From a bacterium (lineage in GTDB: Bacteria > Patescibacteriota > Minisyncoccia > UBA6257 > JAGOQP01): a DNA stretch of 64,000 nucleotides. The stretch is from NCBI GenBank assembly GCA_021814695.1, contig JAKAHY010000001.1, positions 45,278 to 109,277 on the forward strand, in the 5' to 3' direction. Each line of letters starts with the position of its first letter. Positions within the stretch are counted from its first letter, which is position 1. Shown here piece by piece: positions 45,282-53,517 of the stretch. Both the position numbers and the translations under genes were made by a program. Below the pieces are notes generated by a model, which searched no databases, had not been told where the DNA came from, and was given only the letters and a program-made list of their open reading frames with translations.

Positions 45282-48080
45282 ATGGCGGGTAAAATTAAAT
45301 TCCGGGTTCTGGAAGATAAACCTCTAGAGAATATAGACGGCGATTATTTTGGCCATCAGGAAATAGCAAACAGCATTATTGAGGTTATCAAAGAAGCACC
45401 CAAACCTTTTAATATAGGATTGTATGGACAATGGGGTGTAGGGAAAACTACCATATGCAAAATTATAAAGGATAAATTTTCAAACGAGAATGAGTATGAA
45501 GTAGTTTACTTCGATACGTGGAAATATCAAAGAGATTCTTTCCGTAGGCAATTTTTGATAAATTTGGACCAAGAGTTAAGGTTAAATCTTAACTATAAGG
45601 AAAAACTAAATCAATCACTGTCCATTCCGTACAATTTAAAATGGATGGATAGTATAAAATTATTTCTGGGAAATTTTTTATTCAGAACATTAACGATTTT
45701 AATATTTGCTTTTATTGCAGTTTTAATTTTTAGACAATTTATTACACCAATTCTTTCTGCAAATTATATAGATCTAGCAAAAAGACTCTCAGATCTTGGA
45801 ATTATTGGTATATTAATAACGTTTATACTTGAATCAATAAAACAATTTCAGGGTGAAAAAACTTTTAACAGAACAGATTCGGCTGAGGGATTTGAAGAAT
45901 ATTTTATAGAAGTTCTTTCTAAAATCCAGAAGAAAAACTTGATATTAATAATAGACAACCTAGATCGTCTTTCAAGCGTCGAAGCAGTGCGTTTGCTGGG
46001 AGATATTAAAACTTTTTTATCTGACGACAAATATCATGATGAAAAGGTAGAAAATAAAACTGTATTCATAATGCCTTGTGACAACAAGGCTCTAAATGAC
46101 CAGTTGTCTAAAGAATATGGTCCCGGTTTTGATACAGAGGAGTACTTGAGAAAATTGTTTAACTATTCATTCAAAATACCGAAATTTCTTAACATTGAAT
46201 TAGATAAACTTATCATTGATAAGTTAAATCAAACGTTAATTGACGAATTTCATGATAACTATGATTTAGTATTTATTCTGAGTTACGCATTCAGGGATAA
46301 CCCTCGAGAAATAATTCAATTCATTAATTCGCTGATCTCTCTTTACTTGTTAGCAAAAGAACGAGGCATTTCAAGAATAATAGAAAGGGATCATATAGCT
46401 TTTTTAGCTAAGGTACTTGTCTTACGAATGAAGTGGCCTACTCTGTACACGAATATAGAAAATCATATTCTTCGAACTGGCGATAAATTATCAGAGATTG
46501 TTGATAGCTTAGAAAATAGTTCAAATAAGGATCAAATAGTTGAATTTTTAGAGAGGACTTCTCCAGTTAATGATGAAGAGTACCAGGATATTTATTTTTC
46601 TATTAGACAAAGTGATGAGCAAAAAATGATTCCTGAATGGGATAGTTTCGTTTCTTCTTTATTGGACGGACGAATACCAGATGCCAACAAAATATATGAA
46701 TCAATAAAATCTAATAACAAAATAGAACAACTCGGAAAATTAATAATTGATTATTGTAGACGAAACCAAAAAAACGAGAATCTTCTATTCAATATATTTC
46801 TCTCATCCCAATCAATAATTCCACCTGACGATCTTAAACATTTTCAGGAAATGTTTCTTTTAGTATTTAAGAATATACATGATGATGTATTCGTGAAATA
46901 TTTAGATAAATTAAATTTTAACAGATTTTTTAGTAAAGGTCTGCAAGGATTGTCTGCTGCTAATAAAAAGGAACTTAGTAGTAAACTGGTTTCTATAATG
47001 AATTACGCCTCATCAATAGAAAGTATAGAAAAAGACAGAATTAAATTCCTTAAGACATTATTCGAAGTTTTAAACTCTGAAGAAAACAAAGGTAATTTTA
47101 ATTTAAATGATAAAAAAATAGTTAGTGCAAAAAACAACTTCATTGAACATATTAAATATCAAACAGTTTTTCCAGAGTCTGAGAAAGGGGCTAACCTTGA
47201 TATCAATACTCTAAAAAATATCTTGGATGTGATATCTGCGCTGAAACCTTTTAGCTCAGAATTTTATCGTTCCGGAATTTATCTCTTAAATAATTTATTG
47301 GGATGGCCACCATTGGTTGAAAATGATGATGCGAGAATCCTTGTCCTGGAGAAGAGTTTAGATTTTCTAGATAAACAAGCGATACCCTCTCGTGATGACG
47401 GTAGCGTTATTGGTCCAATTCTTAATACATTCACTACGCGGATTTTTAGTTGGTACAGTGCTCAAAAAACTATTGAAGAAAGATCTTTGTGTATAAAAAT
47501 ATTCCAGAAAATAAATGTTGATTTGAATCCTAGTAGGGACGCAGTAAATACATATATTAAAGATTATGTAGCGGATACTAGTAATAACTCTGACATAATA
47601 CTAAAAACACTTGGTAAAGAATTCTTGGTTACAGATAGTTTTGCTCGGTCTGGTTTAATAGAAAGGACAAAGACAAAAACAGATCTTTTAATCAGATTAT
47701 CTATAAAAAATAAACTAACTGATGATGAAAAGGCTCTTGTGTTTAATAGTTTACTTAATTCTGCTAACGAGGCCTTAATATTTTTGGAATATATAAATTA
47801 TAAACTTCCTCACGAACACGGTGGTGATTCCAACTTTCTTAAGAATATCATTTCGAGAATGATAAATTCTAGCATCTTTACCGATGCCGAACTCCTTAAT
47901 AAATGGTTGGAGGCAATTAATAAACTCGTCATACCTTCTGACTTACTCGATCTATTTACTAAGAAAATGAGACAAGCTAAGACGATGTCAGATCAGCACG
48001 CGGAGGTTATCTCTGACTTTATTTCAAAGAATTCAAAAATTTTCGGCGACCTTATAGTTAATGAATTCAAAACTAAATAA
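45282..48080 (+). CDS. KAP-family P-loop NTPase (932 aa) with intramembrane insert
   Basis: Walker A GLYGQWGVGKTT. Two TM helices are inserted after Walker A (LFRTLTILIFAFIAVLIF..., GIIGILITFILE), the KAP hallmark. Walker B LILIIDNLDR. Long alpha-helical C-terminal region. Very AT-rich. Confidence 0.8.
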   Translation: MAGKIKFRVLEDKPLENIDGDYFGHQEIANSIIEVIKEAPKPFNIGLYGQWGVGKTTICKIIKDKFSNENEYEVVYFDTWKYQRDSFRRQFLINLDQELRLNLNYKEKLNQSLSIPYNLKWMDSIKLFLGNFLFRTLTILIFAFIAVLIFRQFITPILSANYIDLAKRLSDLGIIGILITFILESIKQFQGEKTFNRTDSAEGFEEYFIEVLSKIQKKNLILIIDNLDRLSSVEAVRLLGDIKTFLSDDKYHDEKVENKTVFIMPCDNKALNDQLSKEYGPGFDTEEYLRKLFNYSFKIPKFLNIELDKLIIDKLNQTLIDEFHDNYDLVFILSYAFRDNPREIIQFINSLISLYLLAKERGISRIIERDHIAFLAKVLVLRMKWPTLYTNIENHILRTGDKLSEIVDSLENSSNKDQIVEFLERTSPVNDEEYQDIYFSIRQSDEQKMIPEWDSFVSSLLDGRIPDANKIYESIKSNNKIEQLGKLIIDYCRRNQKNENLLFNIFLSSQSIIPPDDLKHFQEMFLLVFKNIHDDVFVKYLDKLNFNRFFSKGLQGLSAANKKELSSKLVSIMNYASSIESIEKDRIKFLKTLFEVLNSEENKGNFNLNDKKIVSAKNNFIEHIKYQTVFPESEKGANLDINTLKNILDVISALKPFSSEFYRSGIYLLNNLLGWPPLVENDDARILVLEKSLDFLDKQAIPSRDDGSVIGPILNTFTTRIFSWYSAQKTIEERSLCIKIFQKINVDLNPSRDAVNTYIKDYVADTSNNSDIILKTLGKEFLVTDSFARSGLIERTKTKTDLLIRLSIKNKLTDDEKALVFNSLLNSANEALIFLEYINYKLPHEHGGDSNFLKNIISRMINSSIFTDAELLNKWLEAINKLVIPSDLLDLFTKKMRQAKTMSDQHAEVISDFISKNSKIFGDLIVNEFKTK

Positions 48081-48595
48081 TGATTCTTTTTAATAATCAA
48101 TTTAATAAAAAGACCTATCAAATTATAGCTTCTGTGACGATTGCTGTAATTTTGATCTTGGGATTCTTGGTGTTAGGTAATTACTTTTCTGAAGTAATGC
48201 TAATAGTTAGTTTTATTGTTTTTGGTATTTTACTTTTATTTTTTACGATCGCTGCCGGTCTGGCTGTTTTGAAAGCTCTGTTTTATGTGGCAGCAGAAAT
48301 TTCTCTGTTAATATATTTGTCTAAATCATATTGTGAAGTACCCGCTTCCAAACTGACGCTCGCTAGCAATAATGCACTAAAGAGTCTGCTAGTTGTTGGT
48401 GGGTTGTATATTGTGATTAGTTTTGGAAAATCTCTGATAGATAAGGTAAAAAGCGACTATAAAAATATTGAAAGTGAAAAGTGGTCCTGGGAAAAAGTAA
48501 CTACGGTAGCTTTCTATTTGTTATTTGCATTTCTGATTGTTTGGCAAATTTATAGAGTAATTGGACCGATAATTGTCAATTTGTGTATATATTAA
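48080..48595 (+). CDS. 4-TM membrane protein translationally coupled (TAATG) to KAP NTPase
   Basis: Its ATG overlaps the KAP stop by 1 nt. Four hydrophobic helices. Confidence 0.6.
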   Translation: MILFNNQFNKKTYQIIASVTIAVILILGFLVLGNYFSEVMLIVSFIVFGILLLFFTIAAGLAVLKALFYVAAEISLLIYLSKSYCEVPASKLTLASNNALKSLLVVGGLYIVISFGKSLIDKVKSDYKNIESEKWSWEKVTTVAFYLLFAFLIVWQIYRVIGPIIVNLCIY

Positions 48596-48639
48596 AAATT
48601 ATTCAGTAAAGGTCATAATTAATAATAAAACAAGACACC

Positions 48640-48936
48640 ATGACTAAATTTCATCCATCTCAAAAATTTACTAAGGTTAACATTGCCAAAGTTCCAAAAA
48701 ACAAAGCCATTATATATAAAATTAAGAGTCAGTCCGGCGACAATATATATACTGGAATTGCTGGACGCAGTCGTCCCCAAGAAAGATTATTAGAACATAA
48801 GAAATTCAAGAAAGATGCAATACCTGGAGGAGTAAAATTCCAGTATGCTCAAGCCAAAACAAAAGCTTTAGCACATAAGATTGAGAAATCAATCATTCGG
48901 AAAGAAAAACCAAGGTTTAATATCCAACACAAATAA
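48640..48936 (+). CDS. GIY-YIG domain small protein (UPF0213/YhbQ-like)
   Basis: AIIYKIKSQSGDNIYTGIAGRS...ERLLEHK carries the GIY...YxG, R and E/H motifs. Confidence 0.55.
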   Translation: MTKFHPSQKFTKVNIAKVPKNKAIIYKIKSQSGDNIYTGIAGRSRPQERLLEHKKFKKDAIPGGVKFQYAQAKTKALAHKIEKSIIRKEKPRFNIQHK

Positions 48937-48975
48937 AAAGGTCGATATTGATTATTTAATAAATTAAAAACATCA

Positions 48976-49290
48976 ATGGAAATACAAATTAAAAATCTTA
49001 GTGGTACAAGTGACAAAACTTGTACATGTGGCACTTGGTTAGATCATTGGGTAAAGATTAGCGGGAAACCTCTTCCTAATTACTGTTCTATATCCATGTG
49101 TTATCAAAAACCAGAGGTAGGAGCTCACGTTAAGAAAGCCGATCTTCTTAATTTTAGTACCTATATAGTTCCTATGTGCAAAGCATGTAACGCAAAGACT
49201 GAAGTTTTGACTCTTAAAGATTCAGACTTGCTTGTTTCTGCTAATGTGGCAGAAACTTGTGGAAAGCAAAAACCTTTACTTAGGCGGTAA
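48976..49290 (+). CDS. Cys/His-rich hypothetical protein (putative zinc-binding)
   Basis: CTCGTWLDHW...C...C...CKAC. A hairpin with a T-run follows at ~49326-49372. Confidence 0.4.
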   Translation: MEIQIKNLSGTSDKTCTCGTWLDHWVKISGKPLPNYCSISMCYQKPEVGAHVKKADLLNFSTYIVPMCKACNAKTEVLTLKDSDLLVSANVAETCGKQKPLLRR

Positions 49291-49446
49291 TTCAAAAACA
49301 TAAATACATAATATTTGCATCGAAAGCGACACGAGAATATCTCATTTTCGTGTCACTTTTGTCACTTTTTGACGCGCTCGAGATACGTTGTTAAATACTC
49401 CAAGATCGCTTAAAATTGGCATTATTGGGTCTAACGGTTAGAAGTT

Positions 49447-49833
49447 ATGTTCACAATTAAATCGCCACCTGAGCGGTTTTTTGATAGAATAAATAATAAA
49501 AATATGCTCAATATCCACCATCTTTCGTTAAGAAAAAGAATCTATCAAAACTTAGAACAATATCCCCATCCCGATAAGTTTAAAAACTTTATTGATCGTT
49601 TTATATATTTTGTCGGGATGATAAACCCGTTAATGACGTTGCCTCAAATCTGGCAAATTTGGCATTACAAAATAGGAGCCGGGGTATCGCCAATTTCCTG
49701 GTTCGCATATGCATTCACAGGAATAGTCTGGATTGTTTATGGCATTATTCATAAAGAAAAACCGCTTATTGTTCTAAACGGAATAATGACAGTTTTTGAT
49801 ATTGTTATAGCAATTGGGGCAATTATTTACTAA
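49447..49833 (+). CDS. PQ-loop/SemiSWEET-like 3-TM protein (paralog B; true start possibly M20 at 49504)
   Basis: HHLSLRKR...YPHPDKFKNFIDR and LPQIWQIW...KEKP align with paralog A (39118..39447). Confidence 0.55.
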   Translation: MFTIKSPPERFFDRINNKNMLNIHHLSLRKRIYQNLEQYPHPDKFKNFIDRFIYFVGMINPLMTLPQIWQIWHYKIGAGVSPISWFAYAFTGIVWIVYGIIHKEKPLIVLNGIMTVFDIVIAIGAIIY

Positions 49834-49884
49834 ACCCTTGCAAAAAGTTTCAACATTATATTAAACAACCCAGTTCCGTAAAAA

Positions 49885-50991
49885 ATGGATAATAAAGAAA
49901 AAATAAAAATTGAAGATTTGGGGTATGGCCCGTTTTTTGAAGAAAATAAAAATAAGCTTGAACTAAGTGATTTTTCCGTTGCTCGGGTTATTTCCGAACA
50001 CAAAGGAGCGTACAAAGTTAAAAATACAGATGGAAAATATTTTGCCAAAGTAACCGGCAAACAGATATTTAATGCCTTATCCAGAGAAGATTATCCTGCG
50101 GTTGGCGACTGGGTTGCTATAAAAGAAATTGACGATAACCAGGCGGTAATTGCCGGAATATTGCCGAGAAGAACGCTAATCAAAAGAAAATACGGAGATA
50201 GGAATAGAATCGGCGAGAAAAACGAGATTCAAATTATTGCCGCCAATATTGACGTTGCTTTTGTAGTTGAATCGGTTGATAGGGATTATAATCTGAATCG
50301 TTTTGAGAGGTATTTTGCCATCGCAGAAAATGGCGGAGTAAGGCCGGCAATAATACTGAACAAAATTGACCTTCTCTCCGGAGAAGAATTAAATGAAAAA
50401 TTAACTCAGTTAAAAAACAGATTTCCGAGCATTGATATAATTTCAACCAGTATTATAAACAACAAAGGATTGGATGATCTTAAAAGATACATAACCAAGG
50501 GCAAGACATATTGTTTTCTCGGTTCCTCAGGAGTCGGAAAATCATCCTTGATTAATAAATTAATCGGCGAAAATGCCATAAAAACGGGAGATATTAGTTC
50601 CTTTTCGGGCAGAGGAAAACACGTCACCACGGCAAGGCAAATGTATTTTTTAGAAAATGGAGGCATTGTGATTGATAATCCGGGAATGCGTGAGGTTGGT
50701 ATGGCCGATGTGGGCCAAGGAATAGATACATTTTTTGATGATATCACCTCTTTATCTAAAAAATGCAGATACAAGAATTGCACTCATATTCACGAATCCG
50801 GTTGTGAGGTTATTAACGCCGTAAAATCAGGAAAATTGGATAAGGAAAAATATTCCAACTATATAAATCTCAAAAAGGAATCCGAATATTATGAGATGAG
50901 CGACTTGGAAAGAAGAGAAAAAGATCGCCAGTTTGGAAAGTTTATGAAAATAGCTAAAAAGGATTTAAAAAAAATTAGAAATAAAAATTAA
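49885..50991 (+). CDS. rsgA: Ribosome small-subunit-dependent GTPase A
   Basis: Circularly permuted GTPase (NKIDLL G4 before the GSSGVGKSSLIN G1) and a C-terminal zinc finger CRYKNCTHIHESGC. Confidence 0.85.
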   Translation: MDNKEKIKIEDLGYGPFFEENKNKLELSDFSVARVISEHKGAYKVKNTDGKYFAKVTGKQIFNALSREDYPAVGDWVAIKEIDDNQAVIAGILPRRTLIKRKYGDRNRIGEKNEIQIIAANIDVAFVVESVDRDYNLNRFERYFAIAENGGVRPAIILNKIDLLSGEELNEKLTQLKNRFPSIDIISTSIINNKGLDDLKRYITKGKTYCFLGSSGVGKSSLINKLIGENAIKTGDISSFSGRGKHVTTARQMYFLENGGIVIDNPGMREVGMADVGQGIDTFFDDITSLSKKCRYKNCTHIHESGCEVINAVKSGKLDKEKYSNYINLKKESEYYEMSDLERREKDRQFGKFMKIAKKDLKKIRNKN

Positions 50992-51003
50992 TAGATAAAA
51001 TAT

Positions 51004-51567
51004 ATGAACAAAATAAATAAATTATCTCAGGAACAGCGTCAAAAACTAATTAAAACATTGAAAGCGCGTTTCGATAAAAATATGAACCGACATAAAGGCC
51101 TTCAATGGGATAAAGTACAAGCAAGAATCGAGGCCAGTACAGGAAAGTTGTGGTCACTTAATGAAATGGAAAAAACCGGCGGTGAACCGGATGTGATCGG
51201 TTATGACAAAAAAGCGGGCGGATATATTTTCTACGACTGCTGCGAAGAAACCCCTAAAGGACGTAGAAATATCTGCTATGACCGAAAAGCACTGGAATCA
51301 AGAAAAGAGTTCAAGCCAAAAAATACCGCTATGGATATGGCGGCTGTTATGGGTATAGAAATTTTAACAGAAGAACAGTATCGGGAGTTGCAGAAACTTG
51401 GAAATTTCGATACAAAAACTTCAAGTTGGTTAAAAACACCTCCAGAAATCAGAAAACTCGGTGGAGCTATCTTTGCTGATCGCCGCTACGACCATGTTTT
51501 TGTGTATCACAACGGCGCGTCTTCTTATTATGGCGGCAGAGGATTTCGCGGCTCTATAGAAATTTAG
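51004..51567 (+). CDS. DUF4256-like hypothetical protein
   Basis: The WSLNEMEKTGGEPDVIGYD motif is reminiscent of DUF4256. Low certainty. Confidence 0.45.
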   Translation: MNKINKLSQEQRQKLIKTLKARFDKNMNRHKGLQWDKVQARIEASTGKLWSLNEMEKTGGEPDVIGYDKKAGGYIFYDCCEETPKGRRNICYDRKALESRKEFKPKNTAMDMAAVMGIEILTEEQYRELQKLGNFDTKTSSWLKTPPEIRKLGGAIFADRRYDHVFVYHNGASSYYGGRGFRGSIEI

Positions 51568-51659
51568 ATTTCACATAGAAGCAAACGGCGCTATTATGTA
51601 AAAAGTGTCGCTTTTTTTATTTTAAAAATAATTAGCACACAAAATGCTATATTATAAAT

Positions 51660-51917
51660 ATGTCTTTCTTTGTTTATGTTCTTAGATGTTCCGACAAATC
51701 TCTTTACACGGGAAGCACCAACAATCTTGAGCAAAGGATAAAACAACACAACAATTCAAAATCAGGCGCTCATTATACAAAAATACGCCGGCCGGTAACG
51801 CTTGTTTATTCAGAAAAGCTAAAGACGTTGGCGGATGTGCGACGGCGCGAAAGCGAAATTAAAAGCTGGCCCAGGCAAAAGAAATTGGATTTGATAAAAA
51901 ATAAATCCGGACAATAA
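51660..51917 (+). CDS. GIY-YIG domain small protein (UPF0213/YhbQ-like)
   Basis: FFVYVLRCSDKSLYTGSTNNLEQRIKQHN fits the GIY-YIG pattern. Confidence 0.65.
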   Translation: MSFFVYVLRCSDKSLYTGSTNNLEQRIKQHNNSKSGAHYTKIRRPVTLVYSEKLKTLADVRRRESEIKSWPRQKKLDLIKNKSGQ

Positions 51918-51954
51918 AAAAACCACCCGTAGATCAGGTGGCTTTTTAAAATTT

Positions 51955-52500
51955 TTACCTGGGGTTGGGGTCGATAAGTTTGGACCAATGCGTCATTGTG
52001 GGGCTGAGATATTTATCCACTAATACTTCGCAATCGGAATAAAGTTTTTTGTCTATACTCCACCCTTTTGCTTTGTTTAAGGGCACGGTTTTAAAATTGC
52101 CCTTGGAATCAAAGTATGGAGGAAGCATAACCTGAAAGTAGGGTTTTTCGTTACACCTGATAAGTACCACCGGAGCGTTCCAGAACCTAGCCAGCTTTTC
52201 GAATCTTGCCTTATCATCTTTGGTCGGTTTTCCGTTCCAACGAAACTTAACTTCCACAAATTCCGGAATTCCATATTCATTTACTACTATAAAATCGGGT
52301 ATGGCTCTGATTTTTTCACCGACTTCGGTGTTGGAATCAAAAGCTTCCCCGTATTGGGTAAGATTTTGGACAATTGATTCGTATCCGAACCGATAGACTT
52401 TATTTCCCGAACCTTTGAGCAATTCCTCAACCAAGGATTCGGCCATCCGCCCTTTGAGCATGCTTTCGGTATGATCTTTGTTTGATGTATTTTTTGCCAT
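51955..52500 (-). CDS. PD-(D/E)xK fold protein, Hjc/Mrr-like, hypothetical
   Basis: GRMAESLVEELL...IPDFIVVNEYGIPEFVEVKFR follows the G..E...PD-x(n)-E.K pattern. I chose the start at internal M (MAKNTS...) at 52500. Confidence 0.5.
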   Translation of the reverse strand: MAKNTSNKDHTESMLKGRMAESLVEELLKGSGNKVYRFGYESIVQNLTQYGEAFDSNTEVGEKIRAIPDFIVVNEYGIPEFVEVKFRWNGKPTKDDKARFEKLARFWNAPVVLIRCNEKPYFQVMLPPYFDSKGNFKTVPLNKAKGWSIDKKLYSDCEVLVDKYLSPTMTHWSKLIDPNPR

Positions 52501-52567
52501 GGGAAAATTATACCATATAAAATCCGGACGAAATAAAATGCCCCAAAGACAGGGCAAGGAAAGGCGT

Positions 52568-52753
52568 CTAAATCTTGAGCAGATAGCAAATCAGGGTTGC
52601 CAGCCAAAGAATAATCGGCGGGACAAAGACAATAGGCTTTATGGTCACGGGAAGGCCCGGATCTTTGGTTGAGACAAAAGGATATGCGATAACATGCAGA
52701 AACATATACGCCGTAAAAAGAATGGCCAGAATGCGGAAAATTGTCATTAGCAT
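52568..52753 (-). CDS. Small 2-TM membrane protein
   Basis: AGGAGG SD 7 nt upstream (rc of 52762-52767). The overlapping 169-aa ORF in the other frame was judged spurious. Confidence 0.5.
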   Translation of the reverse strand: MLMTIFRILAILFTAYMFLHVIAYPFVSTKDPGLPVTIKPIVFVPPIILWLATLICYLLKI

Positions 52754-52950
52754 TTCTGCCTCCTGGAGCTATTTTGAGTTTATATGAAATACGCACGAAA
52801 TCAACCGAGTACGGATAAATTCATTTCAACTATGGGACTAACTTTGGTATATTAAAAATATGAGTTTTAAAAATACGCTTATCATCGTCGGAGTTTTATT
52901 GTTCATTCTGGCACTGGCAATGTTGGCTCTTTATTTGAATAACGCCTTGA

Positions 52951-53451
52951 ATGCTTAAATTCTATTCCAAAAAAGAACGTGAGATCCGAACATTTTTTGA
53001 TGTCGGGGTAATACTTAAAGGAATTGACGGCATTTTGGAAACAATCGGAGGTGTTTTGCTCTATTTTGTCAGCCGTGATTTTATCGGTAAAATAGTCCTT
53101 ATTCTGACTCAGCACGAATTAATCGAAGACCCCAAAGATTTTTTTGCAAACCTTATCACTCATTCTTTTTCGAATTTCGACCAATATTCCAAAATATTCG
53201 GCTCAATCTATTTATTTTCCCACGGAATTATAAAAATAATTCTGGTTGCGGGACTTTTAAAAAATAAGCTTTGGGCGTACCCTTCGGCAATTATTGTTTT
53301 TTCACTTTTTGTCTTTTACCAGATGTACAGACTGAGTTATTCTTTTTCGATTGCGCTGTTGGCGCTGACAATTTTTGACATTATCATCATAGGCCTTACC
53401 TGGCATGAATACGGATATATTCTAAAAAACAAAAACCGCTCAACCGACTGA
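52951..53451 (+). CDS. DUF2127-like membrane protein
   Basis: 4 TM helices. N-terminal ILKGIDGILETIGGVLL pattern. A terminator follows. Confidence 0.5.
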   Translation: MLKFYSKKEREIRTFFDVGVILKGIDGILETIGGVLLYFVSRDFIGKIVLILTQHELIEDPKDFFANLITHSFSNFDQYSKIFGSIYLFSHGIIKIILVAGLLKNKLWAYPSAIIVFSLFVFYQMYRLSYSFSIALLALTIFDIIIIGLTWHEYGYILKNKNRSTD

Positions 53452-53463
53452 ACCTGAAAAAAT

Positions 53464-53486
53464 CCCCGGACGACCGGGGGTTTTTA
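53464..53486. terminator. Bidirectional rho-independent terminator
   Basis: ccccgg-acgac-cggggg followed by TTTTT. Confidence 0.75.
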
Positions 53487-53517
53487 TAACTTTGCTTACA
53501 AATTCAAGTGTGTGAAA

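Noticed and set aside
52287-52796. 169-aa ORF on the - strand
   Set aside because: It overlaps in another frame the SD-supported 61-aa membrane ORF (52568..52753). Its translation is Cys/Arg/Pro-rich, unlike the rest of the genome.
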